In this document: positions 46,868 to 54,752 of the stretch, one piece after another | How positions within the stretch are numbered: the stretch's first letter is position 1 | Layout: each line of letters opens with the position of its first letter | Assembly: GCA_934444645.1 (NCBI GenBank) | Contig: CAKSCV010000004.1 | Location: 59,209-123,208, forward strand | Reading direction: 5' to 3' | DNA length: 64,000 nt | Origin: an uncultured Eubacteriales bacterium | Lineage (GTDB): Bacteria > Bacillota > Clostridia > Oscillospirales > CAG-382 | Notes under the pieces: model-generated | Seen by the model: the letters and a program-made list of their open reading frames with translations, nothing else | What the model was told of the DNA's origin: nothing | Database searches by the model: none | Made by a program: the position numbers and the translations under genes

Positions 46868-48400
46868 GTGCGTCAAGAAAGTCATAAAACCGAAAAAAAC
46901 ATACAAACCGGTAAAACCCAAACGGGAAAAAAATCGGTCTTTGCCTCCAAACGGTTCAAATACGGCTCGGTTGCCGTCATCTTTACCGTTGTTTTCGTGG
47001 CATTTATCATTTTGCTCAATGCCGTGTTTACGGCGGTCGCCGATTATAACGGCGGCTTTTATCTCGACCTTACCGGCGAAAAAATCTATAATCTTTCCGA
47101 ATCCACCGCAAGTGTCTTAGACAGCTTAAACCGCAAGGTCGAAATCATCTTTTGCGTGTCGGAGGACCGGGTCAGCGATTCGGAGGAGCTGTCCTATGTC
47201 AAACGGCTTGCCGAAAAATACCGCTCCGCAAGTGACCGGATCTCGCTTGTTTACCGCGACGTCGTGAAAGACCCGCTGTACTTCAATCAGTTCAAAAAGA
47301 CCTCGACCGATACCATTTCGCAGACCTCCGTTATCGTCAATTGCCCGGAAACCAAGCGGTATATCGTGTATCCGCTGGTTCGCTTTTTTAAGCTTTCGTC
47401 CGAAACGCGCAGCATTTTTGCGTATGACGGTGAAAACAAACTCACCGGCGCCATTATGCAGACCGCCATCGGCGAACCGCAGAAAGCCGGCTTTATTACC
47501 GGTCACGGCGAAGAAAAGCGCAGCTCGGTGGAAACGCTGCTTCGCGAACAGGGGTATGAGGTGAGCGACGTCGACCTGAAGGCTGTCACCGAGGAGCAGC
47601 TTGCTTCGTATAACCTTCTCATTATCAGCAATCCGAAGTACGATTATACCGGCATCGCCGCCGCCAAAGAGGGCCGCGTCAACGAGATCGGCCTGTTAAA
47701 CACATATTTGACCAAGAATTACGGCAACCTGATGGTCTTTATCAGTCCCGAAACGCCGCAGTTGGCGGAGCTTTCCAGCTTTTTGTCAGATGATTGGGGC
47801 ATAAGCTTTGTGCCGGGCGACATTGCCGTCGAGGGTTCGTCGCAGGCATTAGATGCCGATGGTGTGTATTTCTTGGGAACGCCGTCAAGCGAGGACTCCT
47901 ACGGAAAGAGTATCCACGCATCTGTCACCGAAACCGGCGTTCAGGCGGTGTTCGGCAATGCCGCGCCGTTAAGCCTCACCTTTACCGAAAAGGGCGAAAA
48001 AACTGTTTCGGTGGTCTATGCGACCTCATCGTCCTCCGGACGCCTGCATGAAGGCTCGATTTCGGCGGAAGGGAACATGCCGGTTATGACGTTGTCGGTG
48101 TATTCCAAAATCTATGACAGCAATGAATACCGTGCCAATGTCCTTGTGTGCGGCTCGGCGGATTTCATGAATTATGTTTCCGAGCAGTCCTTTGCCAATG
48201 CTGATATCCTCAAGAGCACCTTTGCCGTGATGGGTAATACCAATGTTGTTACCGGCATTCGGTATAAGGTGGTGGAGGATACCGCTATTACGGTCACGCA
48301 AGAGAATTTCAAGAATTACACAGTCTTGCTGTCCGTGCTTGTGCCGCTTGTCATTGCCGCATTTGGAACCGTTATGTACATTAAGAGGAAAAAAGCCTGA
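46868..48400 (+). CDS. GldG family protein (ABC-type uncharacterized transport system auxiliary component)
   Basis: ORF 46856-48400. The GTG at 46868 lies 7 nt after GAAGGTGGG and just after the permease stop. Has N- and C-terminal TM anchors. The family is assigned from its length, TM layout and position in the module. Confidence 0.7.
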   Translation: MRQESHKTEKNIQTGKTQTGKKSVFASKRFKYGSVAVIFTVVFVAFIILLNAVFTAVADYNGGFYLDLTGEKIYNLSESTASVLDSLNRKVEIIFCVSEDRVSDSEELSYVKRLAEKYRSASDRISLVYRDVVKDPLYFNQFKKTSTDTISQTSVIVNCPETKRYIVYPLVRFFKLSSETRSIFAYDGENKLTGAIMQTAIGEPQKAGFITGHGEEKRSSVETLLREQGYEVSDVDLKAVTEEQLASYNLLIISNPKYDYTGIAAAKEGRVNEIGLLNTYLTKNYGNLMVFISPETPQLAELSSFLSDDWGISFVPGDIAVEGSSQALDADGVYFLGTPSSEDSYGKSIHASVTETGVQAVFGNAAPLSLTFTEKGEKTVSVVYATSSSSGRLHEGSISAEGNMPVMTLSVYSKIYDSNEYRANVLVCGSADFMNYVSEQSFANADILKSTFAVMGNTNVVTGIRYKVVEDTAITVTQENFKNYTVLLSVLVPLVIAAFGTVMYIKRKKA

Positions 48401-50010
48401 TGAATACAAAATCTCCGTCCAGTGACAAGAAAAATCTTTTGTCAAAGCAAAAGCTTCTCATCATCGTTCTTGGCGTTTGCGTTGTCCTTCTTGCCGGAGC
48501 GTATCTTGCCGTAAGCCTGTTAAAGGGCACCAAAACGCTTGAACTGCCGTTATACGATGCCGACGGCGATCGGCTGGAATATACCTATTCCGCCAAAAGC
48601 GGCAACCGCGTGACGGTTCTCGCAAATGACGGCGAAACACTGAAGCTTTCGGCTGACAGCGAAATCACCTATCAAGCGCGTCCGTTGATTTTTCCGGAAA
48701 TTCCGCAGGATAACCTGAACAGCGTTTCCGTGACAAATGCCTCCGGTACGTATACGCTTCAGAAGGATACGACCGGCGCATTCGTGTTTGTCGGCAATGA
48801 GATGCTGCTGTATGACGAGCAAGCATTGTCTAACCTGAAATTGCAGGCACGCTATATGCTGTCGGATGAAAAGCTTGAAGGACGTTACGAAACCGAGACT
48901 TCTCTTACCGCGTTCGGACTCGATGAAGCTTCCGCGCCGATCCGCGTCACCGTGACGGATACCGACGGCGCGAGCCACACCGTTTTGTTCGGCAATGCTC
49001 TTGTGACCGGCTCGGCGTATTATGCCAAGGACGTTTCCAAACCGTTTGTCTATGTGGTGGATTCCTCAACCTCCGTTTTTGCCGACGATCAAAAAAGCTT
49101 CTTTAAGCCGGTGCTGGCGCCGACACTCACGCAGAGCGAGTATCAGTATATGGAGTCGTTTTCCATCCGCAAAAACGGCGAACCGTTCTTGTCGAGTGCG
49201 ATTGTGCCGGAGGAACAGCGTACCGGCACCGGCGACACTGACCTGCATAAAATCACGTATCCTGCCGGCTATTCGGCTTCCTTGAATTACTATTATGAAG
49301 CTTTGGCAAGCCTTGCGTCGCTTTCGGGCAGCAAAGTTGTCGAAACAAACGTCTATTCCTCGGGCGAAGAAAACGCTGCGGCCTTGTTTGATAAATACGG
49401 CCTTACCGTATCCACCAACGACGTAAGCTATTCGGTCGGCGAAAAGTCGTATCGCTTCTTGACCGGCACGCGCTTTACCGATGCCGACGGCAAGATCTGC
49501 TACTATGCCTATTCGCCGTATATGGATGATATTGTGATTCTGCCGCTTGAAAACGCACCGTTTCTCGAATATGAGTTAATCGATTTTATCGACGGCGGCA
49601 TTTTCCAGATCAACATCAAGGATGTGACCGAGCTTTCCGCATCCGTGCCGGGCATATCCTGTCATTTTGTTCTCGAAGGGGAAGGTCAGAATTTGAAAGT
49701 GACCGAAACCGCGAGCGGCAAAACCATCGATACCGCATCGTTCCGTCAGTTCTATATTTCGCTGCTGTCGGCACGCATTGAAGGCTATGCCACAAGTGCC
49801 GATGTAACCGGAAACACGGAATTTTCGTTTGAAGTTACCACCAAATACGGCGAAAAAGCCACCTATGCGTTCGATATTATTTCCACTACGCGCGCGCTTA
49901 TCACGCTTGACGGAAACGCCGAATTCTACACCAACCGTTCATATGTCACCAAAGCCGCCGAACGTTTGGTCATGCTCTCAAACGGCGAAACGATTGCGGC
50001 GGATTATTAA
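48400..50010 (+). CDS. DUF4340 domain protein (usual partner of GldG-type ABC modules)
   Basis: 536 aa. The start overlaps the GldG stop by 1 nt. It has a single N-terminal TM (LLIIVLGVCVVLLAGAYLAV). The family call comes from context and memory. Confidence 0.6.
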   Translation: MNTKSPSSDKKNLLSKQKLLIIVLGVCVVLLAGAYLAVSLLKGTKTLELPLYDADGDRLEYTYSAKSGNRVTVLANDGETLKLSADSEITYQARPLIFPEIPQDNLNSVSVTNASGTYTLQKDTTGAFVFVGNEMLLYDEQALSNLKLQARYMLSDEKLEGRYETETSLTAFGLDEASAPIRVTVTDTDGASHTVLFGNALVTGSAYYAKDVSKPFVYVVDSSTSVFADDQKSFFKPVLAPTLTQSEYQYMESFSIRKNGEPFLSSAIVPEEQRTGTGDTDLHKITYPAGYSASLNYYYEALASLASLSGSKVVETNVYSSGEENAAALFDKYGLTVSTNDVSYSVGEKSYRFLTGTRFTDADGKICYYAYSPYMDDIVILPLENAPFLEYELIDFIDGGIFQINIKDVTELSASVPGISCHFVLEGEGQNLKVTETASGKTIDTASFRQFYISLLSARIEGYATSADVTGNTEFSFEVTTKYGEKATYAFDIISTTRALITLDGNAEFYTNRSYVTKAAERLVMLSNGETIAADY

Positions 50011-50056
50011 CCGCACAAGAAAAACAGCGGCAAACTGCCGTGACGGGAGATACAAC

Positions 50057-51361
50057 ATGACATCACCTCTTGCGGATAAAATCCGCCCCAAAAGCTTGGA
50101 GGACGTGGTCGGTCAGCCGCATCTTCTCGGTAAAAATTGCTTGCTTTCCCGTGCCATTGCGTCGGGAAGAATCCCAAATATGATTTTTTACGGTCCGTCC
50201 GGTACGGGAAAAACGACGGTTGCCAACATAGTGGCAAACGGTGCCGGTATGACGCTTCGCAAAATCAATGCCACAAGCGCGTCTCTTGCCGATATCCACG
50301 CCGTTCTCGACCAAACCGGCTCGGTGTTCGGTTCGGATGGGATTTTGCTCTATATCGACGAGATCCAGTATTTCAACAAAAAACAGCAGCAGAGCTTACT
50401 TGAATTCATCGAGGACGGGCGTATCACCCTCATCGGCTCGACCACCGATAACCCGTATTTTTCGGTGTATCCTGCCGTGCTTTCACGCTGCTCGGTGTTT
50501 GAGTTCAAACCGGTTGCCGCTTCCGAGGTAAAGCGTGCGCTGACGCGTGCCTATCGGATTCTCTGCGAAGAAGACGGAAAAGAGCTTGCACCAAACACAC
50601 CGCTTCCGGAAAACGTGGATCAAACGCTTTCCTATATCGCTTCCGCTTCGTGCGGCGATGTGCGGCGCGCGATCGGTGCTTTGGAGCTGTGCTACGGCGC
50701 ACAGGGACAGAACATGGAGAAAGCCCTTGCCGTGCAAAGCATTTCGGCGTATGCCTTAAAAATGGATAAGGACGGCAACGAGCATTACGACCTGATGTCG
50801 GCATTCCAAAAATCCATCCGCGGCTCGGATCCGGATGCAGCCATTTTTTATCTTGCTAAAATGCTCGAAGCCGGCGACCTGCTTTCGCCGATTCGGAGGC
50901 TGCTTGTCATCGCGTCGGAGGATATCGGCCTTGCCTATCCAATGGCAGCGGTGATTGTTAAAGCGTGCTGCGACAACGCTGTGCAATTGGGGCTGCCCGA
51001 AGCAAAACTGCCGCTTGCCGAAGCGGTCGTCTTTCTTGCCACATTGCCCAAATCCAATTCCGCGTATAGCGCGTATGCGGCGGCTGCCGAGGATATTCAT
51101 GCGGCGCGCGGCATGAATATGCCCGATTATATCCGCGATTCCAACCAACCGTCTGCGGACAAAAACCGCGCTTATGTGTATCCGCACGATTGTCCAAACC
51201 ATTGGACTGCGCAAACCTATCTGCCCGAGGATATCAAGGACCGCGTGTATTATCGGTTTGGCGACAATAAAACCGAGCGCGCCTCCAAGGATTATTGGGA
51301 AAAAGTCAAAAATCGTCGTCTTGTGTCGGAAATTGATGAAAAAGAGCATAAAGACGGTTAA
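50057..51361 (+). CDS. rarA: replication-associated recombination protein A (AAA+ ATPase)
   Basis: ORF 49829-51361, start at ATG 50057 (RBS GGGAGA). Begins MTSPLADKIRPKSLEDVVGQPHLLG, with Walker A GPSGTGKTT and LYIDEIQYFNK. Confidence 0.93.
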   Translation: MTSPLADKIRPKSLEDVVGQPHLLGKNCLLSRAIASGRIPNMIFYGPSGTGKTTVANIVANGAGMTLRKINATSASLADIHAVLDQTGSVFGSDGILLYIDEIQYFNKKQQQSLLEFIEDGRITLIGSTTDNPYFSVYPAVLSRCSVFEFKPVAASEVKRALTRAYRILCEEDGKELAPNTPLPENVDQTLSYIASASCGDVRRAIGALELCYGAQGQNMEKALAVQSISAYALKMDKDGNEHYDLMSAFQKSIRGSDPDAAIFYLAKMLEAGDLLSPIRRLLVIASEDIGLAYPMAAVIVKACCDNAVQLGLPEAKLPLAEAVVFLATLPKSNSAYSAYAAAAEDIHAARGMNMPDYIRDSNQPSADKNRAYVYPHDCPNHWTAQTYLPEDIKDRVYYRFGDNKTERASKDYWEKVKNRRLVSEIDEKEHKDG

Positions 51362-51399
51362 TATGTCGAATAAATCTGTACAGATTTTGTAGAAGATAC

Positions 51400-51428
51400 T
51401 TGACAGAATCGAAAAAATACGGTAAAAT
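51400..51428 (+). promoter_or_regulatory. sigma-A type promoter
   Basis: TTGACA (51400-05), 17 nt, then TAAAAT (51423-28). Confidence 0.55.
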
Positions 51429-51457
51429 AGGTGTATCATAGATTGGAGTGAATACAA

Positions 51458-51781
51458 ATGGCAGAAGAAACGTTTGACTTTGAAGAAGAAGTTTTTACTC
51501 TTACGGACGAAGAAGGCAATGAAAGCGATTTCGAGTTTATCGGAAGAATTGAGCTCGGGGAAAATACCTATGTGGCTTTAGTTCCGGTAGACGGCGATGA
51601 AGAAGAATATGTCATTTTGAAGGTCGATAAGGACGAAAACGGCGAGGAATATCTCAGCACCATCGAGGACGATGAGGAATTCGATAAGGCGGCAGACGCT
51701 TTTGAAGACGAGTTTATGTCGGAAATCGACTATGACGCCGAAGCTGACGAAACTGAAAAACCGGACGATACGAATAAATAA
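51458..51781 (+). CDS. DUF1292 domain protein (small acidic protein)
   Basis: 107 aa. FTLTDEEGNESDFEFIGRIELGENTYVALVPVDGDEEEYVILKV is the typical DUF1292 pattern. Confidence 0.85.
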   Translation: MAEETFDFEEEVFTLTDEEGNESDFEFIGRIELGENTYVALVPVDGDEEEYVILKVDKDENGEEYLSTIEDDEEFDKAADAFEDEFMSEIDYDAEADETEKPDDTNK

Positions 51782-51809
51782 ACGATCTTTCGCAAATACT
51801 GAAGGCGAA

Positions 51810-51839
51810 CCGAAGCAGATATGCTTTGGCTTGTTGTTC
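51810..51839 (+). terminator. weak terminator candidate after the DUF1292 gene
   Basis: CCGAAGCA-GATA-TGCTTTGG (8 bp, one G-U pair), followed by CTTGTTGTT. Confidence 0.4.
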
Positions 51840-51845
51840 GCTGGA

Positions 51846-52115
51846 GGGTTCGTGATGTTTGCTCATATAAACCCACATCATGAAAATGGAGTCCGAAGTT
51901 CCGAAAGCAGGATGCAGACCTCCTGCACTCTCCCGATTCCCGGATGAAATATGCCGGAAAAAGGACCGGAGAACGGCAGACGCTGGTAGCACGCAGCCAC
52001 GGACAGGACACCGCCCTTGCTATACGCAGGGTTTTCATCAGCACCACACGGCTCCCCGGCAATATCCTTTAACCCATCATGACGGGCAGCTTCTTTGGCT
52101 GCCCGTTTCCTTTTT
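51846..52115 (+). ncRNA. candidate structured non-coding RNA of unknown class
   Basis: About 270 nt with no credible ORF, more GC-rich than other intergenic DNA in the window. It contains several stable local hairpins (for example GCAGGA-8nt-TCCTGC at 51907-26) and ends in two tandem terminators (52013-52035, 52082-52115). Confidence 0.3.
52082..52115 (+). terminator. rho-independent terminator
   Basis: ACGGGCAGC (52082-90) pairs with GCTGCCCGT (52098-106): 9 bp with a 7-nt loop, followed by TTCCTTTTT. Confidence 0.8.
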
Positions 52116-52160
52116 GATAAGATAAAATAACCGGCTTTGAGGTGAACGGCTATCCATACT

Positions 52161-53165
52161 TTGACCGTTAAAAAAAACGATGCGGACAAGCGGCTTGACC
52201 GCTATCTGTTAAAAGCCCTTTGCGGCTTACCGCAGTCGTTGTTATATAAATACTTACGTACCAAACGCATTAAATTAAACGGCAAAAAAGCCGATCCGGG
52301 TACAATTCTTGCAGAAAACGACGTGATCGAGCTGTATATACCCGAGGAATTTTTCGGCGAGAAGCCGCAAAACGCCGGGCTTGCCGAGAGATTGGCGCGT
52401 CCGGCCTTCGATCTGAAGCCGGAAGAGATTGTGTATGAGGACGAAAACATCCTTCTTATCGACAAACCGCAGGGTGAGCTTGTCCATGCCGATATGCCGG
52501 GCGAAAAGCCGAAAAATGCCGGTGAAGCCTGCCTTGTCGACCGCCTTTGCGGCTACTTATACAAAAAGGGCGCATACGACCCGAAAGCCGAAGCAACCTT
52601 TGCGCCGGCTTTGTGCAATCGCCTTGACCGCAACACCTGCGGCATCGTGATTGCTGCCAAAAATGCCAAATCGCTTGCCGTGCTCAACCAGAAGATCCGC
52701 GACAGGGAGCTGGAAAAAAAGTATTTGTGCATGGTCTACGGCGTTCCGAAAGAAAAAAGCGCGACCTTGTCGGATTTTTTGTATAAAGACCGCGCTCAAA
52801 ACCGCGTGTATATCGCGCATTCGCGCGAAGCTCTCAAAAAAATGCGGTCTGTAAAATACGACGACGATATCAAAACCGTCGTGACCAAATATAAGGTGTT
52901 AAAAGCCTATGAGGACAGAAGCCTTCTTGAGGTGGAGCTTGTTACCGGGCGCACGCATCAGATCCGCGCGCATTTGGCTTTTATCGGCCATCCCATTGTC
53001 GGCGACGGCAAATACGGCGTCAATCATAAGAGCAAAACCGGAAAAAGCTTTCAAATGCTGTGTTCCTATTACCTGAAATTTTGCTTTACCACCGATGCCG
53101 CACATCTATCCTACTTAAACGGACGCACATTCAAAAGCCGCTATACCTTGGAATCAACCCGCTGA
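52161..53165 (+). CDS. RluA family pseudouridine synthase with an N-terminal S4 domain
   Basis: 334 aa with a TTG start. Motifs: RLDRYLLKAL ... LYKYLRTKRIKLNG (S4), catalytic NRLDRNTCGIV, and GRTHQIRAH. Confidence 0.9.
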   Translation: MTVKKNDADKRLDRYLLKALCGLPQSLLYKYLRTKRIKLNGKKADPGTILAENDVIELYIPEEFFGEKPQNAGLAERLARPAFDLKPEEIVYEDENILLIDKPQGELVHADMPGEKPKNAGEACLVDRLCGYLYKKGAYDPKAEATFAPALCNRLDRNTCGIVIAAKNAKSLAVLNQKIRDRELEKKYLCMVYGVPKEKSATLSDFLYKDRAQNRVYIAHSREALKKMRSVKYDDDIKTVVTKYKVLKAYEDRSLLEVELVTGRTHQIRAHLAFIGHPIVGDGKYGVNHKSKTGKSFQMLCSYYLKFCFTTDAAHLSYLNGRTFKSRYTLESTR

Positions 53166-53202
53166 ATCCATCCGGTAAAAACAAAATAGGGAGGAACCTG
53201 TT

Positions 53203-54696
53203 ATGTACAAGAAGCTTGCCGCCTTTATGCTTTGCAGTTTTTGTTTCGCTTTCTTTGCCGTATCCGCTGAAACGCTTGTCACCGAGACCGTTTCCGAAAA
53301 CGGCTTGTTCGGCTTTATGCCGGATACCGAGGCAAACACGTCACTTGCGGAAGAATCCGTTTGCGACTATCTGCACGACGCAATGCTGCGCTTCGAGACC
53401 CGCATCGATGTTTCCGGCTATCAAATCACCCGTGCCGACTTCGGCAAGTATTTCAGCATGACGCTTGCCATGTATCCGGATCTGTACTACGTTGAAAGTA
53501 CGTCCTACGGAATCGCCCTCGACGGAAACAATGTTGTTATATTTGCACCAAAATACGTAACAACCGACAACGCGGAGATTACGGCTGAGGTTGCCAAAAT
53601 CAATGCTGCAATGGACGAATATCTTGCCGGCATTGACCCGTATTTAAGCGATTTGGACAAGCTCCTCATCCTGCATGACCGCTTGGTTCTGTGGAGCTCC
53701 TACGACACGACTTACACCAAATACACCGCACGCGATATTTTGGTGGACGGAACAGCCGTCTGCCAGGGCTACGCAAACGCCTACTATGCGCTTGCGGCGC
53801 GCTTGGGCATCACCGGCGGCATTGTGGTCAGCGACGAGATGAACCACGCCTGGAACGCCTTTGTCGTAAACGACTATTGGTACCATGTCGATGCCACCTG
53901 GGACGATCCGGTTGCCGATCAGGTCGGCCGCGTGTCGCATAAGCATTTTCTCAAAAGCAACGCTGCCATGACCGACAGCTTGAAGCATACCGGCTTCGAA
54001 CCGCTGACTGGGGACGGCGATATGTACGATAACGCCTTCTGGAACGATGTCAAAGCGCAGATTTTCCCGGCAACCTTCGCGTATTTCTACCTTTCGGATT
54101 CACAAAAAGCGATATGCAGATATTCGACCTATACCTCCAAAACCGAAGTGCTATATAAACTAAACCATTATTGGCGTTCGGCAAGCGGCGGTGCATGGGT
54201 AGGCGCGTTTTCGGGACTTGCCCTGCGCAACGGACGCTTGTATTTTAACCTTTCGAACGGCTTGTATTCCTGCGATTTTGAAGGCGGCGATGTTCGTGCC
54301 GAGTCGTTTGCCTTGACGGCAGAGCAGGCAAACACCTATTCGCTGTACGGAATGTATATGCGCGGCGAAAAGCTGTATTTCGGCATCGGCACAAAAGCAG
54401 ACGCCGGCAAAACCTCGCTGTACGAGCAATCGTTTATGCTTCCGGCGATCGATAACCGCTTATATTTGTGCAATCGGATCGATACCGACGTCTCCCTTTA
54501 TCTTACCTATTACAACGAAGGTCTTGTTCATTGCAACTTCCATACGTTCGGCAAGCAGAACGGCCGCGTGACGAATTTTACGACGCGTTGGGCGGATAAC
54601 CTTTTGGTAACGGTCTATGCCAAACCGGATCAGGTGTATTGCATCGCGATGGACGATAACCTCCGGCCGCTTGCAAAGCCGGTGAAACCGGCGTAA
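53203..54696 (+). CDS. secreted transglutaminase-like (papain-fold Cys-His-Asp) domain protein
   Basis: RBS GGGAGG. Signal peptide MYKKLAAFMLCSFCFAFFAVSAE. Catalytic-core pattern AVCQGYANAYYALAARLG ... NHAWNAFVV ... WYHVDATWDD. Confidence 0.8.
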   Translation: MYKKLAAFMLCSFCFAFFAVSAETLVTETVSENGLFGFMPDTEANTSLAEESVCDYLHDAMLRFETRIDVSGYQITRADFGKYFSMTLAMYPDLYYVESTSYGIALDGNNVVIFAPKYVTTDNAEITAEVAKINAAMDEYLAGIDPYLSDLDKLLILHDRLVLWSSYDTTYTKYTARDILVDGTAVCQGYANAYYALAARLGITGGIVVSDEMNHAWNAFVVNDYWYHVDATWDDPVADQVGRVSHKHFLKSNAAMTDSLKHTGFEPLTGDGDMYDNAFWNDVKAQIFPATFAYFYLSDSQKAICRYSTYTSKTEVLYKLNHYWRSASGGAWVGAFSGLALRNGRLYFNLSNGLYSCDFEGGDVRAESFALTAEQANTYSLYGMYMRGEKLYFGIGTKADAGKTSLYEQSFMLPAIDNRLYLCNRIDTDVSLYLTYYNEGLVHCNFHTFGKQNGRVTNFTTRWADNLLVTVYAKPDQVYCIAMDDNLRPLAKPVKPA

Positions 54697-54713
54697 AGCG
54701 ATTAACCGAAAAT

Positions 54714-54748
54714 AAAAACCGAGGACAAAAACGATCCTCGGTTTTTTT
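54714..54748. terminator. bidirectional terminator
   Basis: AAAAACCGAGGA pairs with TCCTCGGTTTTTTT, between convergent genes. Confidence 0.8.
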
Positions 54749-54752
54749 GCAC

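Noticed and set aside
51846-52036. Identification of the 51.8-52.1 kb non-coding region as a glycine riboswitch, T-box, 6S RNA, SRP RNA, RNase P or tmRNA.
   Set aside because: - Glycine riboswitch: some conserved blocks appear in the right order (CCGAAG, CUCUC, AAAAGGAC), but I cannot build P1 or P2 and the downstream gene (a pseudouridine synthase) is the wrong context.
- T-box: CGCUGGUAGCACG only loosely resembles GGGUGGUACCGCG, and no stem I features are visible.
- 6S RNA: the sequence does not fold as a single long hairpin.
- SRP RNA, RNase P, tmRNA: the invariant SRP (GGUCCGGAAGGAAGCAGC), RNase P (GAGGAAAGUCC) and tmRNA motifs are absent.
51880-52125. An 81-aa ORF (MKMESEVPKAGCRPPAL...) and overlapping ORFs in the same gap.
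   Set aside because: There is no RBS, the composition is unlike a protein (P/R/H/T-rich), and the ORF runs through terminator hairpins.
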